A stretch of DNA of 57,191 nt from a virus (taxonomy: Duplodnaviria; Caudoviricetes), in IMG/VR virus record IMGVR_UViG_3300044724_009593, positions 1 through 57,191 of that record; one strand, given 5' to 3'. The notes under the pieces are model-generated. The model searched no databases and had not been told where the DNA came from. It saw only the letters and a program-made list of their open reading frames with translations. Shown here piece after piece: positions 1 to 9,796 of this stretch. Made by a program: the position numbers and the translations under genes. The first letter of the stretch is position 1, and each line of letters begins with the position of its first letter.

Positions 1-23
1 GCTTTTGTTCAGCGTCATCGTTA

Positions 24-128
24 TTAGTTTAGATCAGGTACGTGTAAAGCAATTTCTGCTGACCAAATTAATATGTATATAATAGCCATACACAATAACC
101 AAATAGCCAAGTTTTTACCGTCACGCAT
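24..128 (-). CDS. Small membrane peptide (34 aa), not in ORF track
   Basis: Hand translation MRDGKNLAIWLLCMAIIYILIWSAEIALHVPDLN*; AGGAG RBS upstream; one hydrophobic segment. Confidence 0.6.
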   Translation of the reverse strand: MRDGKNLAIWLLCMAIIYILIWSAEIALHVPDLN

Positions 129-142
129 CTTAATCTCCTACG

Positions 143-223
143 CTAGCAGCCGCACTCTTTGCAATTAGGTTTACAGTCTTTGCAGTTGCACGGATCGCAT
201 TTACAGTTGGGATTATTACACAT
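143..223 (-). CDS. Metallothionein-like Cys-rich micro-peptide (26 aa, 9 Cys), not in ORF track
   Basis: Hand translation MCNNPNCKCDPCNCKDCKPNCKECGC*; AAGGAG RBS; ATAAATA motif at 242-248. Confidence 0.75.
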   Translation of the reverse strand: MCNNPNCKCDPCNCKDCKPNCKECGC

Positions 224-244
224 AATTTTCTCCTTGTCAAGTAT

Positions 245-376
245 TTATTTGCCTTGTCCACGATATCTTTTCCATGCCCTTCGAATTCCTTTATTCTTGG
301 GACGGCTATATCCGCTGTTTCCTATACTAGTCCTTTTACGGAATCTTGTTCTTTTTTGTATTTTAATTTGTGCCAT
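245..376 (-). CDS. Small basic phage protein (43 aa) ending KRYRGQGK, not in ORF track
   Basis: MAQIKIQKRTRFRKRTSIGNSGYSRPKNKGIRRAWKRYRGQGK*; AAGGA RBS; C-terminus resembles small basic proteins of T4-like marine phages. Confidence 0.7.
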   Translation of the reverse strand: MAQIKIQKRTRFRKRTSIGNSGYSRPKNKGIRRAWKRYRGQGK

Positions 377-384
377 TTTTTCCT

Positions 385-699
385 TTATGCTGCATATGAT
401 GTGCCTGATCCTGATATGATTACACCACTACCTACAAAGGGTTGTATACCTTTAGCACCCGAATGATCAAGCGGACAAGTTCCAAATGTGCTGTCGCCTA
501 TCCTAGCAACAGGAATTCCGTCTGCATTTGTTGTTCCTGAACCTGACGTAATAGTAGCGACATAAGGTCCTGCAACTGAATCACCTACCCTAGCAACAGG
601 TATACCATCTGCAAATGTCGTTCCAGAACCGGACACAATAGTGCTTACATGACCACAACCTGGTAGTACTGAATCTCCTACTCTAGCTATTGCTGGCAT
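385..699 (-). CDS. PAAR-repeat baseplate spike tip protein
   Basis: Three (P/I/V)AR(V/I)GD repeats with Cys/His metal ligands (CGH, CPLDH). Confidence 0.9.
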   Translation of the reverse strand: MPAIARVGDSVLPGCGHVSTIVSGSGTTFADGIPVARVGDSVAGPYVATITSGSGTTNADGIPVARIGDSTFGTCPLDHSGAKGIQPFVGSGVIISGSGTSYAA

Positions 700-702
700 A
701 AG

Positions 703-879
703 TCACATCGCATTCTTTTTGTCTTGGATTTCTTTTCGGCGATCTTTTGTTAATTTGCCTAGATCGCCTAGGGCTTTCCTTGCCCTTGCTGCGGCTGCTT
801 TTACGCCCTTGTCATCAAATGTAGCTGTTTCTGCCATATATGCTGTATAAGCATGTACTATTTGTTCATGTAATGTCAT
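703..879 (-). CDS. Histone H1-like/Hc1-type small basic helical protein (58 aa), not in ORF track
   Basis: MTLHEQIVHAYTAYMAETATFDDKGVKAAAARARKALGDLGKLTKDRRKEIQDKKNAM*; AGGAG RBS; KGxKAAxxRARK motif. Confidence 0.75.
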   Translation of the reverse strand: MTLHEQIVHAYTAYMAETATFDDKGVKAAAARARKALGDLGKLTKDRRKEIQDKKNAM

Positions 880-880
880 T

Positions 881-1174
881 TTATACTCCTAAACTTATTC
901 CTGTTGTTGATTGTAAGTAATGATCTGCAACTTCTTTGTGACTTTTTGCAGTAATTACTATTTGGTTTTTACTTACGGTTAAATCCTTTTCTGGATCAAC
1001 GGTCAGCATAAAAGGTAGCATTGCTAAACCTTTTTCAGACATTATTGCTGATAGTGGTTGTTTTAATTTTATTGTTTTGTCATTATCATCTAATAATTTT
1101 CCGACTATTTCTTCTCCAGATGAAAGTCGAACTGACACAACATCGCCTGTTGCATACGGTGCTTCTATTAACAT
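881..1174 (-). CDS. Conserved phage protein, possible Sm-like fold
   Basis: VSVRLSSGEEIVGKL beta-rich N-terminus; in operon with grx/nrd. Confidence 0.55.
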   Translation of the reverse strand: MLIEAPYATGDVVSVRLSSGEEIVGKLLDDNDKTIKLKQPLSAIMSEKGLAMLPFMLTVDPEKDLTVSKNQIVITAKSHKEVADHYLQSTTGISLGV

Positions 1175-1181
1175 TTTTTCC

Positions 1182-1427
1182 TTAATGCATAATGTTTTTA
1201 TAATTCATAGTTTCTACGTAGGTGATCATTTGATCACATCCTCCTACATTTTTACCATCAATGGTAATTTGTGGAAAAGTTTTTGCTCCTGGAAACCATT
1301 CAAAAATTTCTTCTCTTGTAAAATCTTTGTCTAGTTGTTTGTATGTGTAATCTAAATTTCTAGTTTCACAAAAAGCTTTTGCTTGATGACATTTAGGACA
1401 AGAACTTTTTCCATAAATTTCAATCAT
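1182..1427 (-). CDS. nrdC: Glutaredoxin
   Basis: CPKC active site, TFPQI cis-Pro motif, GG; overlaps nrdB stop. Confidence 0.92.
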   Translation of the reverse strand: MIEIYGKSSCPKCHQAKAFCETRNLDYTYKQLDKDFTREEIFEWFPGAKTFPQITIDGKNVGGCDQMITYVETMNYKNIMH

Positions 1428-2524
1428 AATGAAAATCCTTTTAATAAATCTTTGTTGACATCTTGTTTAATACCACCGATTATATATGATTCTACTTCTG
1501 TCTCCTGAGGAGCTACTTGTAAACCTGAACTGCTCAACCAATGTGTAGTCCATGGTAGAGGGTTAGTATTTACTGGTTGTTCAAATATAGTTTCAAAACC
1601 AAGTGCTTTTAACCGCCTGTTTGCAATATATTCTACGTATTGGTCTAATAGCGTTTTATTTAGTCCAATCATCGATCCATCCTTAAATAAATATTCTGCC
1701 CATGCTTTTTCTTCGTTTACGCATTCTCGCCAAATATCATATACTTCTTCTTCGCATTCTTTTGCTGCCTGTTGCATAGCAGGATCATCTTTGCCTTGCA
1801 TCCATAGTTTTAAAATATGTGTGCTAATTGCTAAATGCTGTGCTTCGTCACGTGCAATTAACGAGATAATTTTTGCAGAGCCTTCCATTAATTTTAATTC
1901 ACCAAATCCGAACGTACATGCAAATGAAACATAAAATCTTAGGCCCTCAAGGATATTTACAGTCATCATTGCAAGGAAAAGTTTTTTGTTGAGGATTTTT
2001 TTATCAATTGACCGATCGTGTGTATATTGTTGTGCAAGTTTCATAAATTCATCGTAGTACTTTGTGACACTGTTTGCACGATTAATAATCATTTCGTCGT
2101 CTAGTATTGTATCAAATACTTCCTCTGGATTTGCATACACGTTTTTCATAATATGTGTGTAAGATCGACTGTGGATAGTTTCAAAGAAATCCCATGTAAC
2201 AATACATCCTTCTAATTCAGGCAGTGACACATATGGAAGGAAAGCTAGGCAAGGGCCCCTGCCCTGTACGCTGTCAAGTAAAGTTTGATATTTAAGATTA
2301 GCAGTAAAAATATGTTTTTGCTCAGGACGAAAATTTTGGTAATCGGCCCTATCTTTTTGGAGACTTACTTCTTCTGGTCTCCAAAAATAACCAAGCATTG
2401 TTTGATTCAATTTATCAAATTGAGGAAACTTAAAAGTATCATACCTTTGGACATTTTGATCAGCACCAAAAAACATATGTTGCTTGCTAAAATCGACTTT
2501 ATCTCTATTAAAAACAGTTTTCAT
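1424..2524 (-). CDS. nrdB: Ribonucleotide reductase class Ia beta subunit (start reassigned to MKTVF at 2524)
   Basis: FWRPEEV, ETIHSRSY, EGLRFYVSF, RDEAQH, VAPQETE motifs. Confidence 0.97.
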   Translation of the reverse strand: MKTVFNRDKVDFSKQHMFFGADQNVQRYDTFKFPQFDKLNQTMLGYFWRPEEVSLQKDRADYQNFRPEQKHIFTANLKYQTLLDSVQGRGPCLAFLPYVSLPELEGCIVTWDFFETIHSRSYTHIMKNVYANPEEVFDTILDDEMIINRANSVTKYYDEFMKLAQQYTHDRSIDKKILNKKLFLAMMTVNILEGLRFYVSFACTFGFGELKLMEGSAKIISLIARDEAQHLAISTHILKLWMQGKDDPAMQQAAKECEEEVYDIWRECVNEEKAWAEYLFKDGSMIGLNKTLLDQYVEYIANRRLKALGFETIFEQPVNTNPLPWTTHWLSSSGLQVAPQETEVESYIIGGIKQDVNKDLLKGFSL

Positions 2525-2534
2525 TTTTTTCCTT

Positions 2535-4832
2535 TCAAATTGCACATGCCTCACACTCCTCGTCTGGTACCGTAGTCGTAGGAGCTATTGGTTCTTCTAT
2601 TTTTTCTTCAACATCATTTGGATCAATTTTAAAATCATATGTATTTTGATAATAACTTGTTTTCCATCCGAGCTTGTAAGTTGTAATTAAATCTTTAATC
2701 ATTACGCTCATTGGCACTTCGTTGTTTGGATAGTGGGTAGGATTATAACTCCAATTTCCACTGATTGCCTGATCAAAGAATTTTTGCATCACCGCTACGA
2801 TATTTATGTAGCCTTGGTTGTCTGGCATATCCCACAACAGTGTGTAATATCCTTTTAGACTTTGATATTGTGGAACTATTTGTTTTAGGGGCCCTTTTTT
2901 ACTTTTCTTAACTGATAGGAAGCCTCTTGGAGGTTCAATACCATTTGTTGCATTTGATACGACTGAGCTGCTTTCGCTTGGCATTTGTGCAGATAATGTA
3001 CTGTGCCGTAACCCCCATATTTCTATTTGTTTTCGTAAATCATCCCAATCCATTTTCAGTTCATTAGGAACAATAGTATCTACATCATTTTTATAGGTGT
3101 CAATTGGTAGTATTCCTTTTGCATATTTTGTTTTCTTATAGCCATCGCACACACCTTTTTCTTGTGCAATCCTATTGCTAGCTTTTAAAAGATAGTATTG
3201 GAATGCTTCAGTTAACTCATGTACTAAAACAGCAGCCTGCGGATCGCTATAAGTTACTTTATTTTTTGCTAGGTAATGTGCAAGCCCAATATAGCCTATA
3301 CCTAGTGACCTGCGAGCCCTTGTTCCAATTTCTGCTGCTTGTACCGGATATTTTTGATAGTCAATAATTTCTTCTAAGCCTCTAACTGCCAAATCGCACA
3401 AATCCTCTAAATCGCCAAGATCTTTCACAATACCAACGTTGATTGCACTCAAAATACATAAGGCAATCTCTCCGTCGCGATCATCAATATGCTGCAGTGG
3501 TTTAGTAGGTAGTGTAATCTCCTGGCATAGATTCGACATGTAGACAGTGTCGGTAAAACTGCTGTGGGTGTTGCAATGATCTACATTCATTATATAAATT
3601 CTACCAGTTTCTGCCCTTTCTTTAATCAGCGCACTAAACAGATCCATCGCATCAATCTTTTTCTTTTTAATACTAGTTGCCCTCTCGTACTTTTCATAAA
3701 GTTCTTTGAATTGATCTGCATCGTTAAAAAACGCATCATAAAGATCTGGTACATCGTGCGGAGAAAACAATGTAATATGTTCTCCTGCTAATAGTCTTTC
3801 ATACATTGTTTTATTAAGTTGGATAGAATAATCTAGCTTCCTAACTCTGTTGTCTTCTGTGCCTTTATTATTTTTTAGAACAAGGATGTCTTCAATTTCT
3901 TGGTGCCATAAAGGAAAATGCACAGTGGCACTACCACCACGTACACCATTTTGTGTGCAGCATCTAACAGTAGCCTCAAACTTTTTTAGAAACGGCACTA
4001 CACCAGTATGGGCAACCTCACCACCTCTAATTTTACTGTTCACGCCCCGAATCCTTCCAGCGTTAATCCCAATGCCTGCACGTTGTGCAATATACTTTCC
4101 AATTGCCATATCACTAGAAAAAATACTGTCGAGTGTATCGTCACTATCAACAAGCACACAACTTGCAAATTGTCGAACTGGCGTTCTCACACCGGCCATA
4201 ACTGGAGTAGGAATGTTAATTTTAAATAATGACAGCGCATCGTAATAACGTTTTATATAGTGCATCCTTATCTCTGGTGGATATTTTGCAAAAAGGGTCG
4301 CAGAGATTAAAATGTACATATATTGTGGAGATTCAAAAATAATACCCGTTGAACGATCTTGACAGAGATACTTGTCAGCAATTTGACGTAAACCTGCGTA
4401 TGTAAAATTTTCATCTCTTTTATGATTAATATAAGAATTTAATTTGTTAAACTCTTCCTCTGTATAAAAAAGTAAGATATCCTTGTCATAAACACCTCTC
4501 TCTACATTATTTTTTACAATGTCATATAAAGGAATAACATCATAAGAACCAAACAATTCTTTGTACATTCCATAAAGCAATAATCTGGCTGCTGCATATT
4601 GATAATTAGGGTGATCTAATGATATTAGATCATCTGCACTGCGTATTAAAATGTCTTGTATTTCTTTTGTGGTCATTCCATCATAAAATTGTAAATTAGC
4701 ATTCATTTCTATTTGACTGCTACTGACTCCTGCAAGACCTTCACATGCGAATTCAACAACCTTATGTATCTTATCAATATTTAAATGTTCTTTGTGTCCT
4801 TTACGTTTAATAATATTGATAGGGTTATTCAT
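2535..4832 (-). CDS. nrdA: Ribonucleotide reductase class Ia alpha subunit with ATP cone
   Basis: PTPVMAG, QFASC, SNLCQEI, TSYY, C-terminal CEAC; no intein or intron visible. Confidence 0.97.
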   Translation of the reverse strand: MNNPINIIKRKGHKEHLNIDKIHKVVEFACEGLAGVSSSQIEMNANLQFYDGMTTKEIQDILIRSADDLISLDHPNYQYAAARLLLYGMYKELFGSYDVIPLYDIVKNNVERGVYDKDILLFYTEEEFNKLNSYINHKRDENFTYAGLRQIADKYLCQDRSTGIIFESPQYMYILISATLFAKYPPEIRMHYIKRYYDALSLFKINIPTPVMAGVRTPVRQFASCVLVDSDDTLDSIFSSDMAIGKYIAQRAGIGINAGRIRGVNSKIRGGEVAHTGVVPFLKKFEATVRCCTQNGVRGGSATVHFPLWHQEIEDILVLKNNKGTEDNRVRKLDYSIQLNKTMYERLLAGEHITLFSPHDVPDLYDAFFNDADQFKELYEKYERATSIKKKKIDAMDLFSALIKERAETGRIYIMNVDHCNTHSSFTDTVYMSNLCQEITLPTKPLQHIDDRDGEIALCILSAINVGIVKDLGDLEDLCDLAVRGLEEIIDYQKYPVQAAEIGTRARRSLGIGYIGLAHYLAKNKVTYSDPQAAVLVHELTEAFQYYLLKASNRIAQEKGVCDGYKKTKYAKGILPIDTYKNDVDTIVPNELKMDWDDLRKQIEIWGLRHSTLSAQMPSESSSVVSNATNGIEPPRGFLSVKKSKKGPLKQIVPQYQSLKGYYTLLWDMPDNQGYINIVAVMQKFFDQAISGNWSYNPTHYPNNEVPMSVMIKDLITTYKLGWKTSYYQNTYDFKIDPNDVEEKIEEPIAPTTTVPDEECEACAI

Positions 4833-4865
4833 ATAAGTCCTTTTTATTGATTTTATTTATATTTT

Positions 4866-5252
4866 CTATTCTACAGATATTTTTGTTAAAATTTCATGAT
4901 TACTATTATATAAGTAGCACTTTTTATCTAGTTCAAATGCAAAATCGATGTTACCTGTTACAGTGTTTTGACAAATTAATAAAAAAAATTGGCTATGACT
5001 GAACATTTTTGTTAATTTTAATGAATAAATGATGCCTAAAATTCTTGTAAACGCACAATATTTATTTGCATAAATTAATTCCCACGGAGTAGGCCATGAT
5101 TTTTTATCCCAAGGATCATATTGTAAACTGTTTTGCTCTACATTTTCGTACACAGAGATTGCAAAGTCTATTGGACTCTTAGATAATTCTATTAATCGTC
5201 TGCATTTTACCCATTCGGCTACCCTAGTTTCGTAGTCGTTATTACTAAACAT
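4866..5252 (-). CDS. Hypothetical phage protein
   Basis: 128-aa ORF coupled to upstream gene at 5252; WPTPWELI motif. Confidence 0.65.
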   Translation of the reverse strand: MFSNNDYETRVAEWVKCRRLIELSKSPIDFAISVYENVEQNSLQYDPWDKKSWPTPWELIYANKYCAFTRILGIIYSLKLTKMFSHSQFFLLICQNTVTGNIDFAFELDKKCYLYNSNHEILTKISVE

Positions 5253-6949
5253 TAGCTATGATATAAGTAGCGATTAGTGTTTAGTTTATACCTTAAATAA
5301 GTTGTTCCACTTATTTGATTGCCAGTAAGAGTTTTTAAATAAATGCTATATTTTGGATTTAATTCTGATCCGTCATTGACATATTCTGCTGAAAACGTGA
5401 TATCATACGTAAGATAGTTGTCTCCAATATCAAAATTTGTATCTCCTAAAAACGTATAATCATCTATAATATCTACTTTTCTACCAAGTGTTACATCACA
5501 AGTTATGATCAATGTACCTGACCTTGTATAGCCAGCGTTACTGTTGTGCATCAAATATTCTAGAATGTAGCTTTGATTACTTTGTCCCGGCAATTTTAAA
5601 ATATTGGTAGGCTCGGTACTTGCAGGAATAACAACATTATCTAAAAATCCAGTATACGCAACAGATCCTGATATTTCTTCTGTATACGGTACATCTACAG
5701 AATTAAAATTACTTTTTGCTAGTTGTACAGTTCTATAAAAATAATCATTTTTGCTTTCATTTCCACTATACTCAAAATGAATTATTGATGACGTAGAATC
5801 TAATTCGTTACTTCCTGAATTGCCTACATTTCTAAAAAAATTATTATGGCTGTGATTACCTTTTCCATTTTTTAAATTTATAGCTCTATCATGGATATCA
5901 TAAAAATAAGAATTGTCGATCAAATTGTTATCAGGTGTTTCTACTAGTAAATTAGCATCATTTTGGACTTGTGTTCCTATATTAATACCTTCTCCTAATT
6001 GGATGAATGACATTTTTTCTAGATTATTATTTGAAGAGTTATTATTTAATATTACACCATGCGACCAATTAGCAACTTTACAGCGAGAAAAATTATTATT
6101 TTGTGTTTTAATACTTCTGCTTAGAGAATCAAAAAATATACCAGTGTCAGTAGGGTCTATAAAAGGGTCGACTTCGCTTATTTGCGTTCCAAAATTCCAA
6201 TTACCTATAATATCTATATCTTCAAAAAGACTATCTCTACAACTTGCTAAATGAATCCCTATTCCTGCTTGATCGCAAGATAAAGTTAAGCTTTTTATTT
6301 GGATCACTCTTGGTTGATTACCTGAAGTGGTAGCTGAATTAGGATCATTGTCATCTAATGCAGGACTACCGGGTATACTGCTACCATTGACAGTTCTAAT
6401 AATAGTGCTTGCCGTGCTACTAATGATGGTTTTTTCTTTCCCTGCCCCAACTATTGTAGCATAAGGAGGTATGTAAATTGTTCGATTAACTTTATAAACA
6501 CCCGGTTCAAATGTTAATATAACTCTGCTTTGTTCATTTCCAACAGTTGAAGGGTTAATAAAAAGCATGTCAATAGCTTTTTGTATTATATCTGTTGCAT
6601 CTTGATTAGCGTCTCCAGTGGCGCCAAACGATCTAATGCTTACAGTATCATCTAATCTATCTTGTAATGTACGTCGAAAAGGATTTGTGCTACTAGATCC
6701 TGTTTCTATATATGGGAAATCCTTTTTATAGGAATAGGTATCAGCAAGACTAAAAAGATCATCACTTTGAGTCAGTATTTTTGTGTTACCTACAGCCGGA
6801 GCGCCTTCTATTACACTTCCGTTACCTATATACAGTTCTTGTGAATCAATTGCCCATGCTAATTCTCCACTTGCAAGCTGCGGAAGTCCTTCTCCTTGAT
6901 TTTTTTGTCCTCTTCTGATTTGTATTCTTGAAATTTGTACAACGGCCAC
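5252..6949 (-). CDS. Virion structural protein with tail-fibre-type N-terminus and beta-helix (pectate-lyase-like) domain
   Basis: RIQIRRG..LPQLASGELAW N-terminus; RTLQDRLDDTVSIRSFGATGD tailspike motif; Asn-rich beta-helix. Confidence 0.75.
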   Translation of the reverse strand: MAVVQISRIQIRRGQKNQGEGLPQLASGELAWAIDSQELYIGNGSVIEGAPAVGNTKILTQSDDLFSLADTYSYKKDFPYIETGSSSTNPFRRTLQDRLDDTVSIRSFGATGDANQDATDIIQKAIDMLFINPSTVGNEQSRVILTFEPGVYKVNRTIYIPPYATIVGAGKEKTIISSTASTIIRTVNGSSIPGSPALDDNDPNSATTSGNQPRVIQIKSLTLSCDQAGIGIHLASCRDSLFEDIDIIGNWNFGTQISEVDPFIDPTDTGIFFDSLSRSIKTQNNNFSRCKVANWSHGVILNNNSSNNNLEKMSFIQLGEGINIGTQVQNDANLLVETPDNNLIDNSYFYDIHDRAINLKNGKGNHSHNNFFRNVGNSGSNELDSTSSIIHFEYSGNESKNDYFYRTVQLAKSNFNSVDVPYTEEISGSVAYTGFLDNVVIPASTEPTNILKLPGQSNQSYILEYLMHNSNAGYTRSGTLIITCDVTLGRKVDIIDDYTFLGDTNFDIGDNYLTYDITFSAEYVNDGSELNPKYSIYLKTLTGNQISGTTYLRYKLNTNRYLYHS

Positions 6950-6999
6950 GTGTTTCTCCTACGCTTTTATTATGTATTTAGCGATTCCAATGTATAGTC

Positions 7000-7680
7000 T
7001 TATGAAAATTTTTTATAATATTGATAAACTCTGTTGTACCATTCGTTCCTCCATTCTTTATATTCATGTGGCCAAATGTCAAATTGTTGATACTCCCCCT
7101 CTCTACTGCACATAAAGATATGGCCTTCGCGTATGTCAGTACCATAAATTTCATTATGTGCTTCTGCATATGCAACTAGCTGTAAAAAATAATCTTCTAT
7201 CCATTCTATTTTTTTTGGTTTATTTGTTTGTTTAAAGTCCATAATAGCAGGATTATTTTTATATGTACCAACTAAATCAGTTGTACCTGCATACATAGAT
7301 GGCATATACAACGCAACTTCGCTACCCCAAATTTCGACATCATTTAAGGCTTTTTCTCTTATTACATCGGCCATTTTATGCGCCTGTTGTGCGTAAGGAT
7401 TAGAACCTGCCTTAGGCCAGACACTACTTTCGATGTAATTTTCAAGATATTTGTGCATCCTAGTGCCAATGCCTGCAGCTTCATTTGTAATTTCTAGTGC
7501 TTTTTCTTCTCCTACACGTTGTCGCCATTTAATTAAATGTGTATTGTCTTTTGTTGAGTTTAAGATTGTTGTTACACTTGCTACAGCATTACCATCTGGT
7601 GTTAGATATAATCGTTTGCCGTTTACTTGTTTGCGTGAGATTGGTGTATAATTATACTTTTTAACTAAGAGGCTCATCAT
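7000..7680 (-). CDS. PD-(D/E)XK exonuclease (Cas4/Exo5-like); start reassigned to about 7680
   Basis: SVTTIL, GTRMH, AGTTD, DFKQT, QLVAYA motifs. Confidence 0.88.
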   Translation of the reverse strand: MMSLLVKKYNYTPISRKQVNGKRLYLTPDGNAVASVTTILNSTKDNTHLIKWRQRVGEEKALEITNEAAGIGTRMHKYLENYIESSVWPKAGSNPYAQQAHKMADVIREKALNDVEIWGSEVALYMPSMYAGTTDLVGTYKNNPAIMDFKQTNKPKKIEWIEDYFLQLVAYAEAHNEIYGTDIREGHIFMCSREGEYQQFDIWPHEYKEWRNEWYNRVYQYYKKFS

Positions 7681-8002
7681 CCTCTTCATTAAAATAATAA
7701 TCTTGATACATAAATGGATCGTGTTGATAGAAAGGATCAACAGAGCTGTTTGGATCATCTTGAGCAAGAATATTAGTAACTTCGGGTACAAAATGCATTA
7801 ACATGCCTTCTACACCCTGCTTCAATGTGTACATGCTGCCTGCACAACCACTGCATGCTCCACTAAGCATTAATTCAACAGTGCCATTGTCAAAGCTTAC
7901 AAAGTCTATATGTCCGCCATGTTCTGCTACTGCTGGTTGTACATAATCTTCTAATGCTTCTTTTATTGCGGTAACTATTTCTTTATTTGTTCTTTCAGTC
8001 AT
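7661..8002 (-). CDS. nfuA: NifU C-terminal/NfuA-type Fe-S cluster carrier
   Basis: VQPAVAEHGGHI and GACSGC..S..TLKQGVE motifs. Confidence 0.9.
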   Translation of the reverse strand: MTERTNKEIVTAIKEALEDYVQPAVAEHGGHIDFVSFDNGTVELMLSGACSGCAGSMYTLKQGVEGMLMHFVPEVTNILAQDDPNSSVDPFYQHDPFMYQDYYFNEEDDEPLS

Positions 8003-8040
8003 AAAACCTTTTAATTTTTAATTATAACGTTAATTTAAGT

Positions 8041-8412
8041 TTATGTCAACTGGTCTCCTAAATCTGTTGCTGATTTTGCCATTTGTGCAACTTCGTCCCC
8101 TCCAGCATCTCCTTGTTCAGGTTGATCTTCAATGGTGTTAGCCGTTTTGGGTTCAATTCCTGTTTCATTAAAATTGTTTACCATTGTTTTAATTCTAGGA
8201 TCAGTGTCATATGCAGCCTTAAAACTACCATAATCGAATTGTTCTCCTTCGACATTTTGCATAAGTTTATTAAGGTCAAGATTCATTGCATCTTGTTTCA
8301 TATCTTCTTTTTTTGGAGGAGTATTAAAGTGTAGGAATAATGCAACATTATCTTTATCGGCTGTTGCAATTACTGTGCGAAGGACTTGGACTAACTTTGC
8401 AGTATGGTCCAA
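8041..8412 (-). CDS. Hypothetical phage protein
   Basis: 123-aa acidic ORF co-oriented with neighbours; start uncertain. Confidence 0.65.
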   Translation of the reverse strand: MDHTAKLVQVLRTVIATADKDNVALFLHFNTPPKKEDMKQDAMNLDLNKLMQNVEGEQFDYGSFKAAYDTDPRIKTMVNNFNETGIEPKTANTIEDQPEQGDAGGDEVAQMAKSATDLGDQLT

Positions 8413-8426
8413 GTCTTCAGTAATAC

Positions 8427-9347
8427 TTAGTTTTTTTTTGAGCTAAGGATTTGGCCTAGAGATCTTGATAAATTTTGTCTTTCAATAATTCTAGCTTTTA
8501 GGAATTCTCTACGAATTGATTCTCTTTGTTCTCTGCCTGTTTCTTCCATTCCGCCTGCGGCTGGTTCAGCTGTAGCAAACTCGTCGCCCATCTCTGCTTC
8601 AGCATCAACAGTAGGCTCCATTCCTGGTTCTTCCATTCCTGGTTCTTCCATTCCTGGTTCTGCACCCATTGGAGCAGGCATTTCTTCGCCTGTTAACATG
8701 GTTACACCTTGTGTTAATGTGCCTCTTGTACTTTCAAGTGCTTGATATAGTGCCTCAAGTGCTGGTTTTACAGAATCGATAAATGTTTGTGATTGTTCTT
8801 GGCCCAATTCGTCGCGGATAGCATCACCTAGTTCTAGCATAGATTCTGTTTGCATTTCTGCAGTATCTTCCATCCATGCTGTAATGCGATCAACCATATC
8901 TTTAGCAGCCATTACTAATTCTGCTTTATCTTCTTCACCTTCTCTAACTATAGATTCATCTGCTTTCTTTTTACCTTTGACTTTTGCAATAGCTTCAGGT
9001 TTGCTCATGCCAGAGGCTACCATTCTAGCTATCCTAACATCATCAAAATCATTTTTCCCATCGCCATCTTGATCTACTTTTTTTGCTTCTTGAATGTTTC
9101 TCTCTTCAATAGCTTGATTTAGCACATCTAAAAACATTTTATTTTTTTGGTAAGAAGCATTCTTGGCAGGTGCGTCGAAGCTCTCATTAGTTTCGATTTG
9201 GCTTAATGTTGTTCGTAATTTATTCCTAGCATCTTGTAATTGTTCAAGTGTAAATGTGTCAACGTCAATAGTGGTGTTAAACATTTTGGCTAGATTTTCG
9301 TTAAGTGACTTAACTGTGGTTGGTTTAGAAATTTCTCGTAACTTCAT
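8427..9347 (-). CDS. Acidic coiled-coil protein, putative scaffold or internal head protein
   Basis: MKLREI start, DQDGDGKND Ca-loop-like motif, EPGME repeats, many xxE sites. Confidence 0.6.
   Translation of the reverse strand: MKLREISKPTTVKSLNENLAKMFNTTIDVDTFTLEQLQDARNKLRTTLSQIETNESFDAPAKNASYQKNKMFLDVLNQAIEERNIQEAKKVDQDGDGKNDFDDVRIARMVASGMSKPEAIAKVKGKKKADESIVREGEEDKAELVMAAKDMVDRITAWMEDTAEMQTESMLELGDAIRDELGQEQSQTFIDSVKPALEALYQALESTRGTLTQGVTMLTGEEMPAPMGAEPGMEEPGMEEPGMEPTVDAEAEMGDEFATAEPAAGGMEETGREQRESIRREFLKARIIERQNLSRSLGQILSSKKN
8617..8661. repeat. 15-bp tandem repeat x3 (coding EPGME)
   Basis: TCCATTCCTGGTTCT three exact copies. Confidence 0.9.
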
Positions 9348-9385
9348 ATGAATAATCCTAATTAAACTTTACATTTATTTATCAT

Positions 9386-9796
9386 TTAATGTAATATCAA
9401 TCCTTGTAATTCTTTTTTTGAACTTTGTAATATTTGATCAGCAATTTCTAGCCTTGTCATTGTAGAAAATCTTTTATTTTTATTTTTTACGGTTGCTATT
9501 GTATGTTTATAAAAAGTACAATCATTTTGATTTTTTTCAATTGTCTTATCCAATTCAAGTATATATTTTTCATTCTTATCATTTTTTAATTTTGCTTTTA
9601 CTATGGCTAGGGCAGCGGCTTTTGTGTAGGTGGTTGCAATACATGTATTGTTTTTAGTAATGTAATATAAATTATTTTTATAATTTATAATCCAGTCTTT
9701 AATTTGAATTTGATTATCTTTTACTTGTGGAATAGACGTAAGGATTTCATTTTGGAATAAAAGTTCTAATTGTTGTAAAATTTTATTTTTGTTCAT
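9386..9796 (-). CDS. Hypothetical phage protein
   Basis: 136-aa ORF overlapping upstream gene. Confidence 0.65.
   Translation of the reverse strand: MNKNKILQQLELLFQNEILTSIPQVKDNQIQIKDWIINYKNNLYYITKNNTCIATTYTKAAALAIVKAKLKNDKNEKYILELDKTIEKNQNDCTFYKHTIATVKNKNKRFSTMTRLEIADQILQSSKKELQGLILH

Noticed and set aside
159-466. Plus-strand ORFs 159..419 and 254..466
   Set aside because: Shadows of minus-strand micro-genes that have RBSs and recognisable motifs
1424-4832. Introns or inteins in nrdA/nrdB
   Set aside because: Both are uninterrupted and of normal length
5252-6949. Diversity-generating retroelement target
   Set aside because: No reverse transcriptase and no template/variable repeat pair seen in the window
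7000-7791. Cas4 of a CRISPR system, and the 263-aa long form
   Set aside because: Stand-alone phage exonuclease; the N-terminal extension overlaps the nfu gene
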